Source: a virus
Taxonomy: Duplodnaviria; Caudoviricetes
DNA length: 37,088 nucleotides
IMG/VR virus record: IMGVR_UViG_3300021408_000092
Span: 1 to 37,088 of that record
Direction: 5' to 3' (one strand)
The notes below the pieces were generated by a model. It saw nothing but the letters and a program-made list of their open reading frames with translations, was not told where the DNA came from and searched no databases. Both the position numbers and the translations under genes were made by a program. Numbering within the stretch: position 1 is the stretch's first letter; each line of letters opens with the position of its first letter. Shown here one piece after another: positions 1 through 9,580 of this stretch.

Positions 1-130
1 GTGGGGGGCCGCGACAGCGACTCTGAGGTCATCGAGAAGGTCACTGCAAAGCTTCCGGTTTGGGACCGGACGGCCGGGCAGTACGCGGCCGGATGGTGTG
101 CACCTTCTGAAACCCTCTACGAACTTTGCC
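1..130 (+). repeat. Terminal direct repeat (circular assembly overlap) matching 36959..37088
   Basis: Positions 1-130 equal 36959-37088 except position 4 (G vs T). The capsid reading frame continues across the junction. Confidence 0.95.
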
Positions 131-1044
131 CCTTCGTGACCAGCCTTGATGGCATCGTTGATTTGCCTGAGGTTGTGGCCCGACGTGGGGGTGTCCAAAC
201 GACTAATGGCCCAAACTTCGCGACCCTGTTCGCGAATGCTTCTATCGGACAAGTCCTCACGGAAGCACAGGTTATCGCTGCTACACCTAAGACGTGTATC
301 GAAATTGATTGCCCGCCGTTTACTGAGACTCGCCTGGACGTTAACCCGTTGTGTATCACGGGGAACTTGCTGACGCAGGCCGGATACCCGGAATATGTGG
401 AGAGGTTCATCCGGGAAGCGATCGCCGCTAACGAACACAAAATCAACCTCAACATTTTGACTCGCATGGTTGCCGCTTCGACAGCAGTAACCATTCCTGT
501 GGTCCCCGCTACCACAGGCGTGTCAGACACTTCGACTACGTCGCAGTTCCTGGACTGGGCTTCCCTGTATGCGGAGTGGCTGCGCAACCGGTACCGTTTG
601 CGGTTCGATTCACTGATTGAGGTTGTGGCACCTCACTGGTACCTGCAACACATGACCGCCGATCTGGCTCGCCGTAACGGTGTTGATCTTCTGGTTTCTG
701 AGGCGCGTATCCGAGCAGCGTTCGCTGAGCGGAACATTCGTGTGCAGTGGGTGTATGACTGGCAGCCCGTCGCCACCACCCCAGCACTGGCAGCTACCCG
801 ACCGTTGAGCGCGCAGGTTTTGATCTACATTCCTGGAACGTTCGTGAAGTTGACGTCGCCAGTCATCAACCTGGGGACGATTCACAGTGCGGCTCAGCTG
901 ACCCTGAACCAATACACAGCCCTCTTCGTGGAAGAGGGCTTCAACGTGCTGGAGCGTTGCTTCGAATCCCTGGCCATCACCATCCCGACCTGCCCATCTG
1001 GTACCACTGGTGCGGCCACTGGTTCTTGCGACTCCACCCCATAA
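1..1044 (+). CDS. Major capsid (hexamer) protein, C-terminal part; gene starts at 36236
   Basis: AAGWCAPSETLYELC and EIDCPPFTETRL motifs typical of actinobacteriophage hexamer-type capsid proteins; in frame with the ORF starting at 36236. Confidence 0.88.
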   Translation: MGGRDSDSEVIEKVTAKLPVWDRTAGQYAAGWCAPSETLYELCPFVTSLDGIVDLPEVVARRGGVQTTNGPNFATLFANASIGQVLTEAQVIAATPKTCIEIDCPPFTETRLDVNPLCITGNLLTQAGYPEYVERFIREAIAANEHKINLNILTRMVAASTAVTIPVVPATTGVSDTSTTSQFLDWASLYAEWLRNRYRLRFDSLIEVVAPHWYLQHMTADLARRNGVDLLVSEARIRAAFAERNIRVQWVYDWQPVATTPALAATRPLSAQVLIYIPGTFVKLTSPVINLGTIHSAAQLTLNQYTALFVEEGFNVLERCFESLAITIPTCPSGTTGAATGSCDSTP

Positions 1045-1089
1045 CCAGGGTGGTAATTCGCATAAACCAGGACCTTGAGAGGGCAGGCT

Positions 1090-2139
1090 ATGGCTATACA
1101 AGTTGAACCACCGGTACGGACCCCGTACCGGTATGGCCTGCTCTCAACGGCGCAAGTCGTTGAGCATGGCAAATCGTTGCGGCTGTCATCGGAGTATGTT
1201 TTCGATTCGGTGGCATGCCACGACGGAATTATTTGGAACACGGATTGCGCTAATCCGTTCACGGTGACTTTTACGCGGACTGCCACTGAGGACGAGTTCA
1301 CGGTCACCGTGTCCCCTGGGGTTGTAGGTGACTACACGTACAGCGTCGACGGTGAAGCTGCCGTACCGCTCACAGGCACTGTCACGATCGTCTCGGACGA
1401 ACCTGTGTCTGTGGAAGTGTGCGAGGTTGGGGGTCTTCAGCGGTGTGTGACAGTTGCCGACGTGGACCCCGACTCTGTTGAGGGAACAACTTACGTTTTC
1501 TTTTCCACACAAAACAACAACCTTCCCAAAGAGGTCACTGAGGGCATAGACGCCCAAACGGCTGATCCGTTTCTGGTTATCTCTGGTGTGACATGCACCC
1601 TGGTTGCTGGGGAAATCGATTCTAAGGGCCGGGACGCGTTCACGTCGGTTGAGCAGCGGCTAGTTGAGCAGCAGTTTTGGGCTCAACTAGCTGCCTCGAC
1701 CCCGGCGGTGCTGGGCGGCGGCGCTGTTTCTCTCGCTGAAGGTGTCGCTTTGCTGGAGGCATACCTGCGCGATCAAACCGGTTTCACGGGCATGATCCAC
1801 TCAGATGCCTACGTTGCTCCCTATGCGTCACAAGCGGTCCTAGTCACCGAAGAGAACCCAGAAACAACGAAACGAACAGCATTGTGGACACCTTGGGCGT
1901 TCGGCGGCGGATATGCCCTCACCGGACCTGCCGGGGAAGCCGCACCGGCAGCTAACCAGGCATGGCTGTACGCCACCGGGCAAGTGGTTATCCACCGAGG
2001 AAACGTCCGTGCCCGTGGCGGTGGAGCGGATGGCTTCAACGTCACCACGAACCAGGATTTGGTGATCGTGGAGCGCAGTTACGTTGTCATCCCGGACTGT
2101 CCTACCGCCGCCGTACTTGTTCAGCTGGAGGCAGCATGA
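1090..2139 (+). CDS. Second capsid protein (pentamer type) with an internal beta-rich insertion
   Basis: PPVRTPYRYGLLS N-terminus, VEQRLVEQQFW, WAFGGGY and WLYATGQVVIHRG motifs; lies directly after the hexamer gene. ATG at 1090. Confidence 0.75.
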   Translation: MAIQVEPPVRTPYRYGLLSTAQVVEHGKSLRLSSEYVFDSVACHDGIIWNTDCANPFTVTFTRTATEDEFTVTVSPGVVGDYTYSVDGEAAVPLTGTVTIVSDEPVSVEVCEVGGLQRCVTVADVDPDSVEGTTYVFFSTQNNNLPKEVTEGIDAQTADPFLVISGVTCTLVAGEIDSKGRDAFTSVEQRLVEQQFWAQLAASTPAVLGGGAVSLAEGVALLEAYLRDQTGFTGMIHSDAYVAPYASQAVLVTEENPETTKRTALWTPWAFGGGYALTGPAGEAAPAANQAWLYATGQVVIHRGNVRARGGGADGFNVTTNQDLVIVERSYVVIPDCPTAAVLVQLEAA

Positions 2140-2366
2140 GTGTCACAATTCGTCCAGATCACACTTCTGACGAGATCACCAGGATCGCTCAGGCTCTCCT
2201 TGCCGCTGCCGATGATCCTCGGGACGTCCGCGTAGAAACTTTCGGTGACGGGCCCGTGTTTGTGGTACCTGACGAGGTAGCCCAGAAAGCGAAACTTAAC
2301 CCCGAAACGCCCGAAGAAACCAAAACTTCGTCATCTAAGGCCAGCAAGAAGCGGAAGGACCGATAA
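2136..2366 (+). CDS. Small virion-associated hypothetical protein (76 aa)
   Basis: ATGA overlap with the upstream stop and TAATG overlap with the downstream gene; basic C-terminus. Confidence 0.7.
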   Translation: MSVTIRPDHTSDEITRIAQALLAAADDPRDVRVETFGDGPVFVVPDEVAQKAKLNPETPEETKTSSSKASKKRKDR

Positions 2367-3304
2367 TGGTTGTCAAATGTGTTGGTGCTTACAACGTTGA
2401 GGTTTTGCGCTTCACACGTGTGGACTCTTGTGGGCGCCCCATTTTCGGTCCGTGTTCGACGCTGGTCATCGACTGTTTCGAAACAGTCGCGATCAACGCG
2501 GACATTGAGGACGGCGAAGAAATCGCCCCAGTCAACGCCAATGGTAAGCAGTGCTTTTTCATCCCGGCACCTAAATTGGACCGTGGGTTTGAGGTTGTCG
2601 CTAACTTCACTAAGAAGTATCCGAACCTGTTTACCGCTTTGAACCCGAACTGGCTACAAGCTATCGATGAGCTGGGAAACATTACTGGCTACCAGCACAT
2701 TCCTGAAGTTTCGCTTCGTGAAGGTGTAGCGATTGAGGGCTGGGAATCCGTTGCCGGAACTGACGTGTGTGTGCCTGGTGCTCTAGGGGCCTGGAACTAT
2801 TTCATTCTTCCTTATGTCACTAACTGGGCTCGCGGTGACATGGAGCTAGGTAACAGCGTCCACTCAGAGGAGTGGACAGGTCACACCATCGCAGGAAACG
2901 CTTGGAGTGTCGGTCCTTACGATGTTCGGCAGAACGCGTCGACTCTGGTGGCGGGTCCTTTGATGACGGCGTTGGATAGCCGAAGCCAGTTTTATGACGA
3001 AGTGGTAACGGTTCCTCCGCCTGAGGCTTCATGTGAATGTGTTCCTCTATCGAATCCGGCAGCGCCAGTTTTCGCTATCACAGAATGCGAAACCGGCACC
3101 TTGACGATGGAAATCACTGCTACTGCTACTGGCGGGCGCCCGATGTCCATCAACTGGGGCGATGGCAGCCCAGCTGCGGTGATCACTACCGCTGTGGCGC
3201 TGCCGCACACTTACACACTCGCCGGCTCGTACACTGTATCGGTTAAATACAGCAACCTTGCCGAAGAAGAAGCCTACCTGGTGGTGACGGTCCCATGCCC
3301 ATAG
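2366..3304 (+). CDS. Major tail (tube) protein with C-terminal PKD/Ig-like domain
   Basis: RFTRVDSCGRP, EDGEEI..NANGKQC and WNYFILPYV motifs; C-terminal INWGDGS...HTYTLAGSYTVSV PKD signature. Confidence 0.85.
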   Translation: MVVKCVGAYNVEVLRFTRVDSCGRPIFGPCSTLVIDCFETVAINADIEDGEEIAPVNANGKQCFFIPAPKLDRGFEVVANFTKKYPNLFTALNPNWLQAIDELGNITGYQHIPEVSLREGVAIEGWESVAGTDVCVPGALGAWNYFILPYVTNWARGDMELGNSVHSEEWTGHTIAGNAWSVGPYDVRQNASTLVAGPLMTALDSRSQFYDEVVTVPPPEASCECVPLSNPAAPVFAITECETGTLTMEITATATGGRPMSINWGDGSPAAVITTAVALPHTYTLAGSYTVSVKYSNLAEEEAYLVVTVPCP

Positions 3305-3555
3305 AAGCCAAAAAGGACTACACGGCATCCGTTGTCCGCACCTTGACGCCTCTGCTGGTGGGTTTGGTACTCAGCGTGTTTGGTTCCGAGGTCGCTGGGG
3401 TGAACGAAGCATCACTCACCCCAGTGATCGCCGCGATCATCGCCGGCGCATACCACGCTCTGGTGCGCGCTTTGGAACAAAAGTGGCCTAAGGTGGGAGT
3501 GCTGCTGGGGTGGCCCACCGCGCCCACCTACAGCAAGCCATCTGACGGGCAGTAG
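3295..3555 (+). CDS. Holin
   Basis: 86 aa, two hydrophobic helices; VRTLTPLLVG...YHALVRALEQKWP..GVLLG..TAPTY pattern of actinophage holins. Confidence 0.75.
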   Translation: MPIEAKKDYTASVVRTLTPLLVGLVLSVFGSEVAGVNEASLTPVIAAIIAGAYHALVRALEQKWPKVGVLLGWPTAPTYSKPSDGQ

Positions 3556-3557
3556 AT

Positions 3558-4337
3558 ATGGCTGAGCCGTGTTCTGTCTGGCCGGTAGATGAGGCGTGCA
3601 GCTATGGCATCCCTGTAGATCCAGTGGACCGCACTCCCGTGCAGGTGCATGCCATGGCTGTCGCCACAGAAATCTTGTGGCGTTTGACCGCAGGGATTTA
3701 TGGAACGTGTCCTATTACAGTGCGCCCTTGTGGCCGCAAATGCGGAAGTTTTGATTTCTTTCCGACGCAGACGATTCAGGGTGTGTGGATCAACGTCGCG
3801 TGTGGCTGCGAACAGTCCACGTGTGGCTGCTGCTATGTGTGTGAGATCGCTCTAGAAGGCCCCGTCGCTGAGGTGACAGAAGTCAAAGTCGATGGGGTTG
3901 TGGTGCCGCCGGAGGTTTACCGAATTGATAACGGGAACCTTTTGGTGCGCACTGACCTTGCCGAAGACGGTGAGTGTTGGCCGCAATGCCAAGACCTTGG
4001 GTCCCCAGACACCGAGCTAGACACATTCAGTATCACCTATGAGAAGGGCCTTCCGGTCCCTGTCGGAGGTCAGCGCGCTGTTTCTGCTCTCGCCGCCGAG
4101 ATCATAAAGTCGTGTGAAGGCGGCCCATGCCGTCTACCTGCACGGGTCCAACAAATAACCCGCCAAGGTGAACAGATACAGCTCATAAACGACGTCGATT
4201 TTCTGCGTTCTGGGCTCACAGGTCTCCCTGATGTCGACATTTGGCTGACGGCCGTGAACCCGACTGGGCAGCGGCAGCCCTCAAGGTTTTGGTCACCGGA
4301 CATGCAACCCGTGCTGCGTAGCACTACATGGCCGTAG
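3558..4337 (+). CDS. Head-to-tail adaptor
   Basis: ATEILWRLTAG, CPITVRPC, VTEVKVDG, WPQCQDL, CRLPARVQQITRQG and TGLPDVDIWLTAVNP motifs; position in the neck region. Confidence 0.8.
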   Translation: MAEPCSVWPVDEACSYGIPVDPVDRTPVQVHAMAVATEILWRLTAGIYGTCPITVRPCGRKCGSFDFFPTQTIQGVWINVACGCEQSTCGCCYVCEIALEGPVAEVTEVKVDGVVVPPEVYRIDNGNLLVRTDLAEDGECWPQCQDLGSPDTELDTFSITYEKGLPVPVGGQRAVSALAAEIIKSCEGGPCRLPARVQQITRQGEQIQLINDVDFLRSGLTGLPDVDIWLTAVNPTGQRQPSRFWSPDMQPVLRSTTWP

Positions 4338-4346
4338 ACTGCTGTT

Positions 4347-4814
4347 ATGGCCAATAACGTCACACCTTTGCTGACCTCCATTTTGGCGTGTCTGTGTACC
4401 CAGCTGGCATCTGATGGGCATGCGGTGTGTGAATGCTGCGTGGTCGTATCGGACCAGCTTCCGCCGATGCGGGGATGCGACTGCGTGTGCGACGAAGGGC
4501 AGGGAGTCGCATGGGCGCGGTTTGTGGGCGCGGAATGGCAGCAAACCGAAGTAACAAAATGCCCCTTGGGGCCGTGGGAAGTCCGCTTGCAGATAGGTGT
4601 ATATCGGTGTCTTGCATCTGAGCCGACATGTGAAACAACCACAGCGGAGGCAGATATGGTCGCCGAGGATATTGCGTCGCTGCAACGGGCCGTTTTGTGT
4701 TGCGATGCGCTTGGTGGTCGTAGGTACACCTTGGGTCCCGTGCAGGTCATAGGCCCAGCTGGCGGATGCGTGGGGTCTTCTTTGGAGATAGTGCTAGAAC
4801 TAGCGACACTGTAA
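4347..4814 (+). CDS. Tail terminator / neck protein
   Basis: Cys-rich; IGVYRC and GPAGGCVG motifs; synteny. Confidence 0.65.
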   Translation: MANNVTPLLTSILACLCTQLASDGHAVCECCVVVSDQLPPMRGCDCVCDEGQGVAWARFVGAEWQQTEVTKCPLGPWEVRLQIGVYRCLASEPTCETTTAEADMVAEDIASLQRAVLCCDALGGRRYTLGPVQVIGPAGGCVGSSLEIVLELATL

Positions 4815-4823
4815 AGTTAGGCC

Positions 4824-5015
4824 ATGGCTACCTACCGCATTTTGCGCAAGAACAGCATCTTTAAAGGATTCGCTGGTGATGAGATCGTCACTGAGCCTGG
4901 TGCTTTGTTGGATGCTGCTGTCCGTTCAGGGATCGTGCAGCGCATAGATGTACAGAAAGCGGAGAAGCCCAAAGTTTCGAAGCGCGCTTCGGTGAAGGAT
5001 GATAGGGAGACCTGA
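4824..5015 (+). CDS. Small hypothetical protein
   Basis: 63-aa ORF, TGATG-coupled to the next gene. Confidence 0.6.
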   Translation: MATYRILRKNSIFKGFAGDEIVTEPGALLDAAVRSGIVQRIDVQKAEKPKVSKRASVKDDRET

Positions 5016-5413
5016 TGGCGGTGCGGGTCATTTCTACGGGTGTCATGGCTTTGGCCCGCACTGAGGTTGCTGCGTTTACCGGGGAGCTTGGGCGGAGAGT
5101 GCGTCGTCGCGCTGAGACTACAAGCCCGGTCGCGTCAGGAAAGCTGCGGTCTTCCATTGCTGTTGGGCGTGTGACTTTTCGAGGGCTGACCTCTTCAGTT
5201 AAAGTTTCAACTAACACCGGTTATGGTCTGTACCCGGAAGAAGGAACGGGCCTGTACGGCCCGCTAGGGCAAGTGATCCGACCCAAACGGGCGCCGTTCC
5301 TCGTGTTCCAGCCGCGAGGATTGGGGCATGTCATACGTGTACGTAGCGTCAAGGGCCAGCCGGGCCAGCACTACATGCGCGACGCTTTAATCGCCGCCAT
5401 CAGGACCCTCTAG
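5015..5413 (+). CDS. HK97 gp10-like tail completion/neck protein
   Basis: SPVASGKLRSSI, YPEEGTG and VKGQPGQHYMRDAL motifs. Confidence 0.8.
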   Translation: MAVRVISTGVMALARTEVAAFTGELGRRVRRRAETTSPVASGKLRSSIAVGRVTFRGLTSSVKVSTNTGYGLYPEEGTGLYGPLGQVIRPKRAPFLVFQPRGLGHVIRVRSVKGQPGQHYMRDALIAAIRTL

Positions 5414-5421
5414 GAGCTGAC

Positions 5422-5793
5422 ATGTCTGAACTGAAAACCCTTGACTTTAAAAAGGTTGACCTTGAACCGGATGAAGCCGAACCGATTTTGGTGCCTCTTG
5501 GCGAAAGCTCATACACGGCGCATTGCCCAAACGACTACGAATTCATTGCGCTCATGGGCGAGGTCCGCAAGTTGCAGGATGACCCGTCGGCTATAGACAT
5601 GATCCCCATCATGTCCGCGTTTTTTCACAGCCATGACGTCAGGGTCATCGACAGGAAATGCCGTGGCGGCGAAATTTCGTTCGTCGGTGAACTAGGGCCG
5701 GCTCTCACGGCTCTAGCCGATCATTACCGACCTGCTGTTGAGCAGCGACTACAGCAGGTGCAGAAGAAGATCACCTCCCCAAAAGCACGGTAA
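5422..5793 (+). CDS. Tail assembly chaperone (G)
   Basis: Upstream of tape measure; RBS AGGAG; slippery heptamer C CCA AAA at 5778-5784. Confidence 0.75.
   Translation: MSELKTLDFKKVDLEPDEAEPILVPLGESSYTAHCPNDYEFIALMGEVRKLQDDPSAIDMIPIMSAFFHSHDVRVIDRKCRGGEISFVGELGPALTALADHYRPAVEQRLQQVQKKITSPKAR
5778..5784 (+). other. Putative programmed -1 ribosomal frameshift site (CCCAAAA)
   Basis: X XXY YYZ heptamer in the correct codon phase; the -1 frame reads CCC AAA AGC ACG GTA ATG into the 5793 ORF with no stop. Confidence 0.7.
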
Positions 5794-6269
5794 TGTATCC
5801 ATCGGGGTGGCCCGATGTGGTGCATATAGATGACCTAGAGTTGCGTTACAGCAGTGATGTTCCGTCGATCTTGCGGAGCCTGAACGGGGCGACAACTGCT
5901 GATAGCACCAGCGGGTGGCTAAGCGTTGTGGCATACGCGCTGGACGAGGACTCTCAAGAAAACCTGGTCCAGGCCGTAGATCAGAGGCGAATATCAGGGC
6001 TAGCCCTGATGGTGCTAGCGCACAAAATGTGCGAGCGGGCACTAGGCGTTGATCTGAACGCGGCTAGTGCCCTAGCCGGCAGCGTTCTAGGGTCCTGGTT
6101 CCTTCTCGCATCATGGGCGGCAGGTAAAGGAATGCGCATAATCGACATGAAAGTTCACGAACTTCTCGCTATATGCTATTCCGCCCAATGCGAGCAGTGT
6201 AAAGAACCATCAGACCTTGCTAGGCTAAACAGGAAAATATTCAGAACATCGCATCCTTGGGGACGATAG
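5793..6269 (+). CDS. Tail assembly chaperone, C-terminal (GT) extension
   Basis: In the -1 frame relative to 5422..5793, immediately before tape measure. Confidence 0.7.
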   Translation: MYPSGWPDVVHIDDLELRYSSDVPSILRSLNGATTADSTSGWLSVVAYALDEDSQENLVQAVDQRRISGLALMVLAHKMCERALGVDLNAASALAGSVLGSWFLLASWAAGKGMRIIDMKVHELLAICYSAQCEQCKEPSDLARLNRKIFRTSHPWGR

Positions 6270-6271
6270 AT

Positions 6272-8191
6272 ATGGCTACAACGGTCGCCGATGCTGATGT
6301 TCTGATCGTGGCAGATGTTTCAAAACTCGCCGCCGATCTTCGAAAAAAACTCGACCCGATCATGCGCGCATTGAACGTGACACTCGACCTGCTTGCCGAT
6401 GCGACTTCGTTTGACAACACTGTCAACGATGCTGTCCGTGATGCTGATGGGCGGACAGCGACCATAAACGTCACCGCAGATACGAGCACCATCAGCGGCG
6501 AGGTCGCTGCCACCCGCGCGCAAATAAGCAGAACTCCCGCGACGCTGCGCGTAACCGTCACCAACGTCGACCAAGAAATAAACCGGACCCGAGGACGTTT
6601 CACGAAATCATTTGACGAAATCGGCGGCGAGTCTGGGAAAAAGTTTTCCTCGTCCCTGTCATCATCCATGACGTCTGGGCTTCGCCCTCTTACTAGCATT
6701 ATTCCATCAGCGATGGCTAACCCGGTGGTTATAGGTGTAGCCGCGATCGTCGCGTCTTTGGCCGCGATACCTGTAGCTGCTTTCCTCGCCGCTACAGCCA
6801 TCGCCGGTGTCGGCTTGGGCTTCCTTGCTTTGGGTGCGTTTGCTTTGCGGGGCAATGAAAAAGTCGCTGGCGCGTTCGATCAAATGCGCGAAAAGATAAG
6901 CAAAACGTTCGAGGACGCCGCGCAGCCACTAGTCGAGCCTCTGGTGAACGCTTTTAACATCATCGGGAACGCGGTCGAGAAGATCGGCCCACAGCTAGAG
7001 GAAGCGTTCGGCGATCTGGCTCCCTCCGTCGAAAAACTGGCTGAGGGATTCGACGGATTTATAGAGAACACTATGCCCGGGCTGAACGCCGCTGTGGAGG
7101 CAGCTGGTCCGTTGCTTGACGAGCTTGCCAAACAGCTCCCCGGTTTGGGTGACACGTTCAGCGATTTCTTTGAAATTTTGTCGCTTGGTGGCGAGGACTC
7201 TGTAGATGCTCTCAAGATCGCATTTGATCTGCTAGACATCGGTTTGAAAGCGATAGCTTTCACTATCCTGGGCCTAACGCTAGCGTTTGGTCTCCTCGTA
7301 GATGCCATAAATTTGGCCAGCGATGCAGCTGAAGGGCTTCTCATCGCCACTACCGGTTTGAACTTCGACATCCTCCTCGAGTCCATCAAACGACTCACGA
7401 CAGAAGGAATCGTGACACTTGGCGACTTCCTGAGCGCCGCGAAGGACATTTTGGGTCAACTTCCAGAAATTTTCGGCTACAACATTAATCAGGCCACGAC
7501 GCGAGGCGAAAACGAGCTACGCACCGGGTCGGCGCAGATAGTCGGTGTCGCTTCGGGGATTCCAGACCAAATCCATAACGCGATATCGCGGATACCCAGT
7601 TTGGTTTCGGGGGTTTTCGTCGATGCCTTTAACCAGGCAACAAACGCGACACGCAACGGTGTGGGGAGCGTGACGAGCGCAGTTCGAGGGCTAGCTAGCC
7701 AGGTTGTTGCTGCTCTGAGCGGTATAGCCTCAGCGGCCTATAACTCCGGCCGCGCGATTATCAGTAACCTGATCGCTGGTCTTGTTTCTAGGGCTGGTGA
7801 TCTTGCGAGAACCGCGGCGAAGATCGTCGCGTCGGTAAAAGACCTGTTGCCTAACAGCCCGGCGAAAGAAGGACCTTTCTCTGGTCGGGGCGCCCCTGAG
7901 GTTTCTGGTCGGGTTATCGCTGACGACGTCGCGAAAGGGCTTAAATCGGGAGAAGCTGGTCTTACCGCTCAAGGAAATCAGCTGGTTGGCTCTCTAAAGG
8001 CGCAGTTTGATGGGCTTTCTTTGGGTTCTAGTGTTGGGCAAGGGATGTCGGCAGTGATGCAGCCTTCTGGTGCTTCTTCTGTTAGTAATAGCCGCACGTT
8101 TTCCCCTGTTATCAACGTGACTGTGGCCGGTGGGGAACCGAATGCGGCTGCGAACGCGATAGTTCGTCGTCTTCTAGCGGTAGGGGTGTAG
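6272..8191 (+). CDS. Tape measure protein (~639 aa)
   Basis: Longest ORF in the tail module, Ala/Gly/Leu-rich helical sequence with hydrophobic stretches; LPNSPAKEGPFSG motif. Confidence 0.9.
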   Translation: MATTVADADVLIVADVSKLAADLRKKLDPIMRALNVTLDLLADATSFDNTVNDAVRDADGRTATINVTADTSTISGEVAATRAQISRTPATLRVTVTNVDQEINRTRGRFTKSFDEIGGESGKKFSSSLSSSMTSGLRPLTSIIPSAMANPVVIGVAAIVASLAAIPVAAFLAATAIAGVGLGFLALGAFALRGNEKVAGAFDQMREKISKTFEDAAQPLVEPLVNAFNIIGNAVEKIGPQLEEAFGDLAPSVEKLAEGFDGFIENTMPGLNAAVEAAGPLLDELAKQLPGLGDTFSDFFEILSLGGEDSVDALKIAFDLLDIGLKAIAFTILGLTLAFGLLVDAINLASDAAEGLLIATTGLNFDILLESIKRLTTEGIVTLGDFLSAAKDILGQLPEIFGYNINQATTRGENELRTGSAQIVGVASGIPDQIHNAISRIPSLVSGVFVDAFNQATNATRNGVGSVTSAVRGLASQVVAALSGIASAAYNSGRAIISNLIAGLVSRAGDLARTAAKIVASVKDLLPNSPAKEGPFSGRGAPEVSGRVIADDVAKGLKSGEAGLTAQGNQLVGSLKAQFDGLSLGSSVGQGMSAVMQPSGASSVSNSRTFSPVINVTVAGGEPNAAANAIVRRLLAVGV

Positions 8192-9571
8192 ATGTTCACC
8201 GGGTGGCTTTCGTATGCAGGGGTGGAAATCGTCAACGAGGCGCGGCTGTACGCCTATACGCGTAGTTTGGGTATTCCTTTTTCTACGTGTGAAGATTGTC
8301 CGACGTTGCGTACAGCGTTTGAGCACGAGCCTTATACGACACCGGCAGCCGACGGTGCGCCCTGGTATGACGCGAACATTCCAGAATCGGGGATGGTGGC
8401 AGGGTTTTACATTAGGGCTTTGGACGGCTTGGGTGACACAGCTACACGTCGTGTGGATGAGCTGGCGCGTAATGGTGCGATCGTGGGGTCACGGCGGCGG
8501 GGGTCTCGTAGTGTGGAGATGACCATTCAGGCTGTCGCCGCGTCGGAGTGCGCGCTCAGTTATGCGATGGGATGGCTCGCTAAAGTCTTGCGGGGCGGGG
8601 ATTGTTTGGCGGTTTCAGATATTTTCTCTGGCTCAACGGGCGCTGGTTGTGCTTCGGAAACTTTGTGTATGCTCACGTGCTGCCCGCTCACACCTGAAGA
8701 TGTGCCGACCTATTTGACTTCTTTGTACCGTGTGGGTGTTACTCAGGGGCCTGTGGTGATATCGCGGTCTCACGAGTCGACGTTCAGCCCGGGTGACGAG
8801 TGCGGGTTGGTTATTTGTGATGTTGAGGTTACGTTTACTGCTGGTGATCCGGGCTGGTACAGCCCACTAGTGAACATCATTGATACGCCACTAGCCCCTT
8901 TCTATGTTGGTACAACTGACCCTTTTGAACCGTATGACATCACTGAGCTGTGCAATCCTCTCGTGGCCCAACCAAATGCGGTAATTTGTACCCCCATCGT
9001 TCCTAACGGGTGCGCTGCAACGAACGTCCCCGTCACGCAGGATTTGCCTATTCCGTGCATCGGCGTCCCGGACCCGCGCCTCGAATACACCCAATACAAC
9101 TTTTATTCGATTCCCATTGACACGTCTGGGATTACCCAGTGGCTGGACCTGATACCTAAACTCAGCTACCAGCCGGGCCAAATGTCCCCAACGGGTTCCA
9201 TTACTGACCCGCAAGATGTAGAAAACTTTGAAGGACCCATCGCTTTCCAACTACGGCGGGTTACCCCGGGGAAACCCTGTGGGGAAGAATCTGACCCCTG
9301 CGATGTGTGCATGGAGCTTTTTGCACCGATTTGGCCGCGCGCAACGGAGGGCGTAGCGGACTGGATACAGCGCAAGGCCTTCCGCATCGAGGCTGGCGGT
9401 TTGGGCATGTGCCCATTCCCCGTCTACACGCGGGGCCTAGCTCCTTTCGATTGGCCGACTCTCGTGTGTGGCGACGAAATGTGTCTAGACATTTACATCA
9501 CCACAGACACCGATGCACGTAGTGGCACGGTCCGCCTCGATGTCATGCGTCGCCAAGACGCTCAATGCTAG
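8192..9571 (+). CDS. Minor tail protein (distal-tail/baseplate hub-like)
   Basis: GWLSYAGVEIVNEARLYAY, YTTPAADGAPWYD..IPES and VTFTAGDP motifs; follows tape measure. Confidence 0.8.
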   Translation: MFTGWLSYAGVEIVNEARLYAYTRSLGIPFSTCEDCPTLRTAFEHEPYTTPAADGAPWYDANIPESGMVAGFYIRALDGLGDTATRRVDELARNGAIVGSRRRGSRSVEMTIQAVAASECALSYAMGWLAKVLRGGDCLAVSDIFSGSTGAGCASETLCMLTCCPLTPEDVPTYLTSLYRVGVTQGPVVISRSHESTFSPGDECGLVICDVEVTFTAGDPGWYSPLVNIIDTPLAPFYVGTTDPFEPYDITELCNPLVAQPNAVICTPIVPNGCAATNVPVTQDLPIPCIGVPDPRLEYTQYNFYSIPIDTSGITQWLDLIPKLSYQPGQMSPTGSITDPQDVENFEGPIAFQLRRVTPGKPCGEESDPCDVCMELFAPIWPRATEGVADWIQRKAFRIEAGGLGMCPFPVYTRGLAPFDWPTLVCGDEMCLDIYITTDTDARSGTVRLDVMRRQDAQC

Positions 9572-9580
9572 GGGTGTGGT

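Noticed and set aside
1-130. Terminal repeat as a biological direct terminal repeat or att site
   Set aside because: It falls mid-capsid gene and has a length typical of an assembler overlap; best read as a circularisation artefact. The position-4 mismatch is probably an end error.
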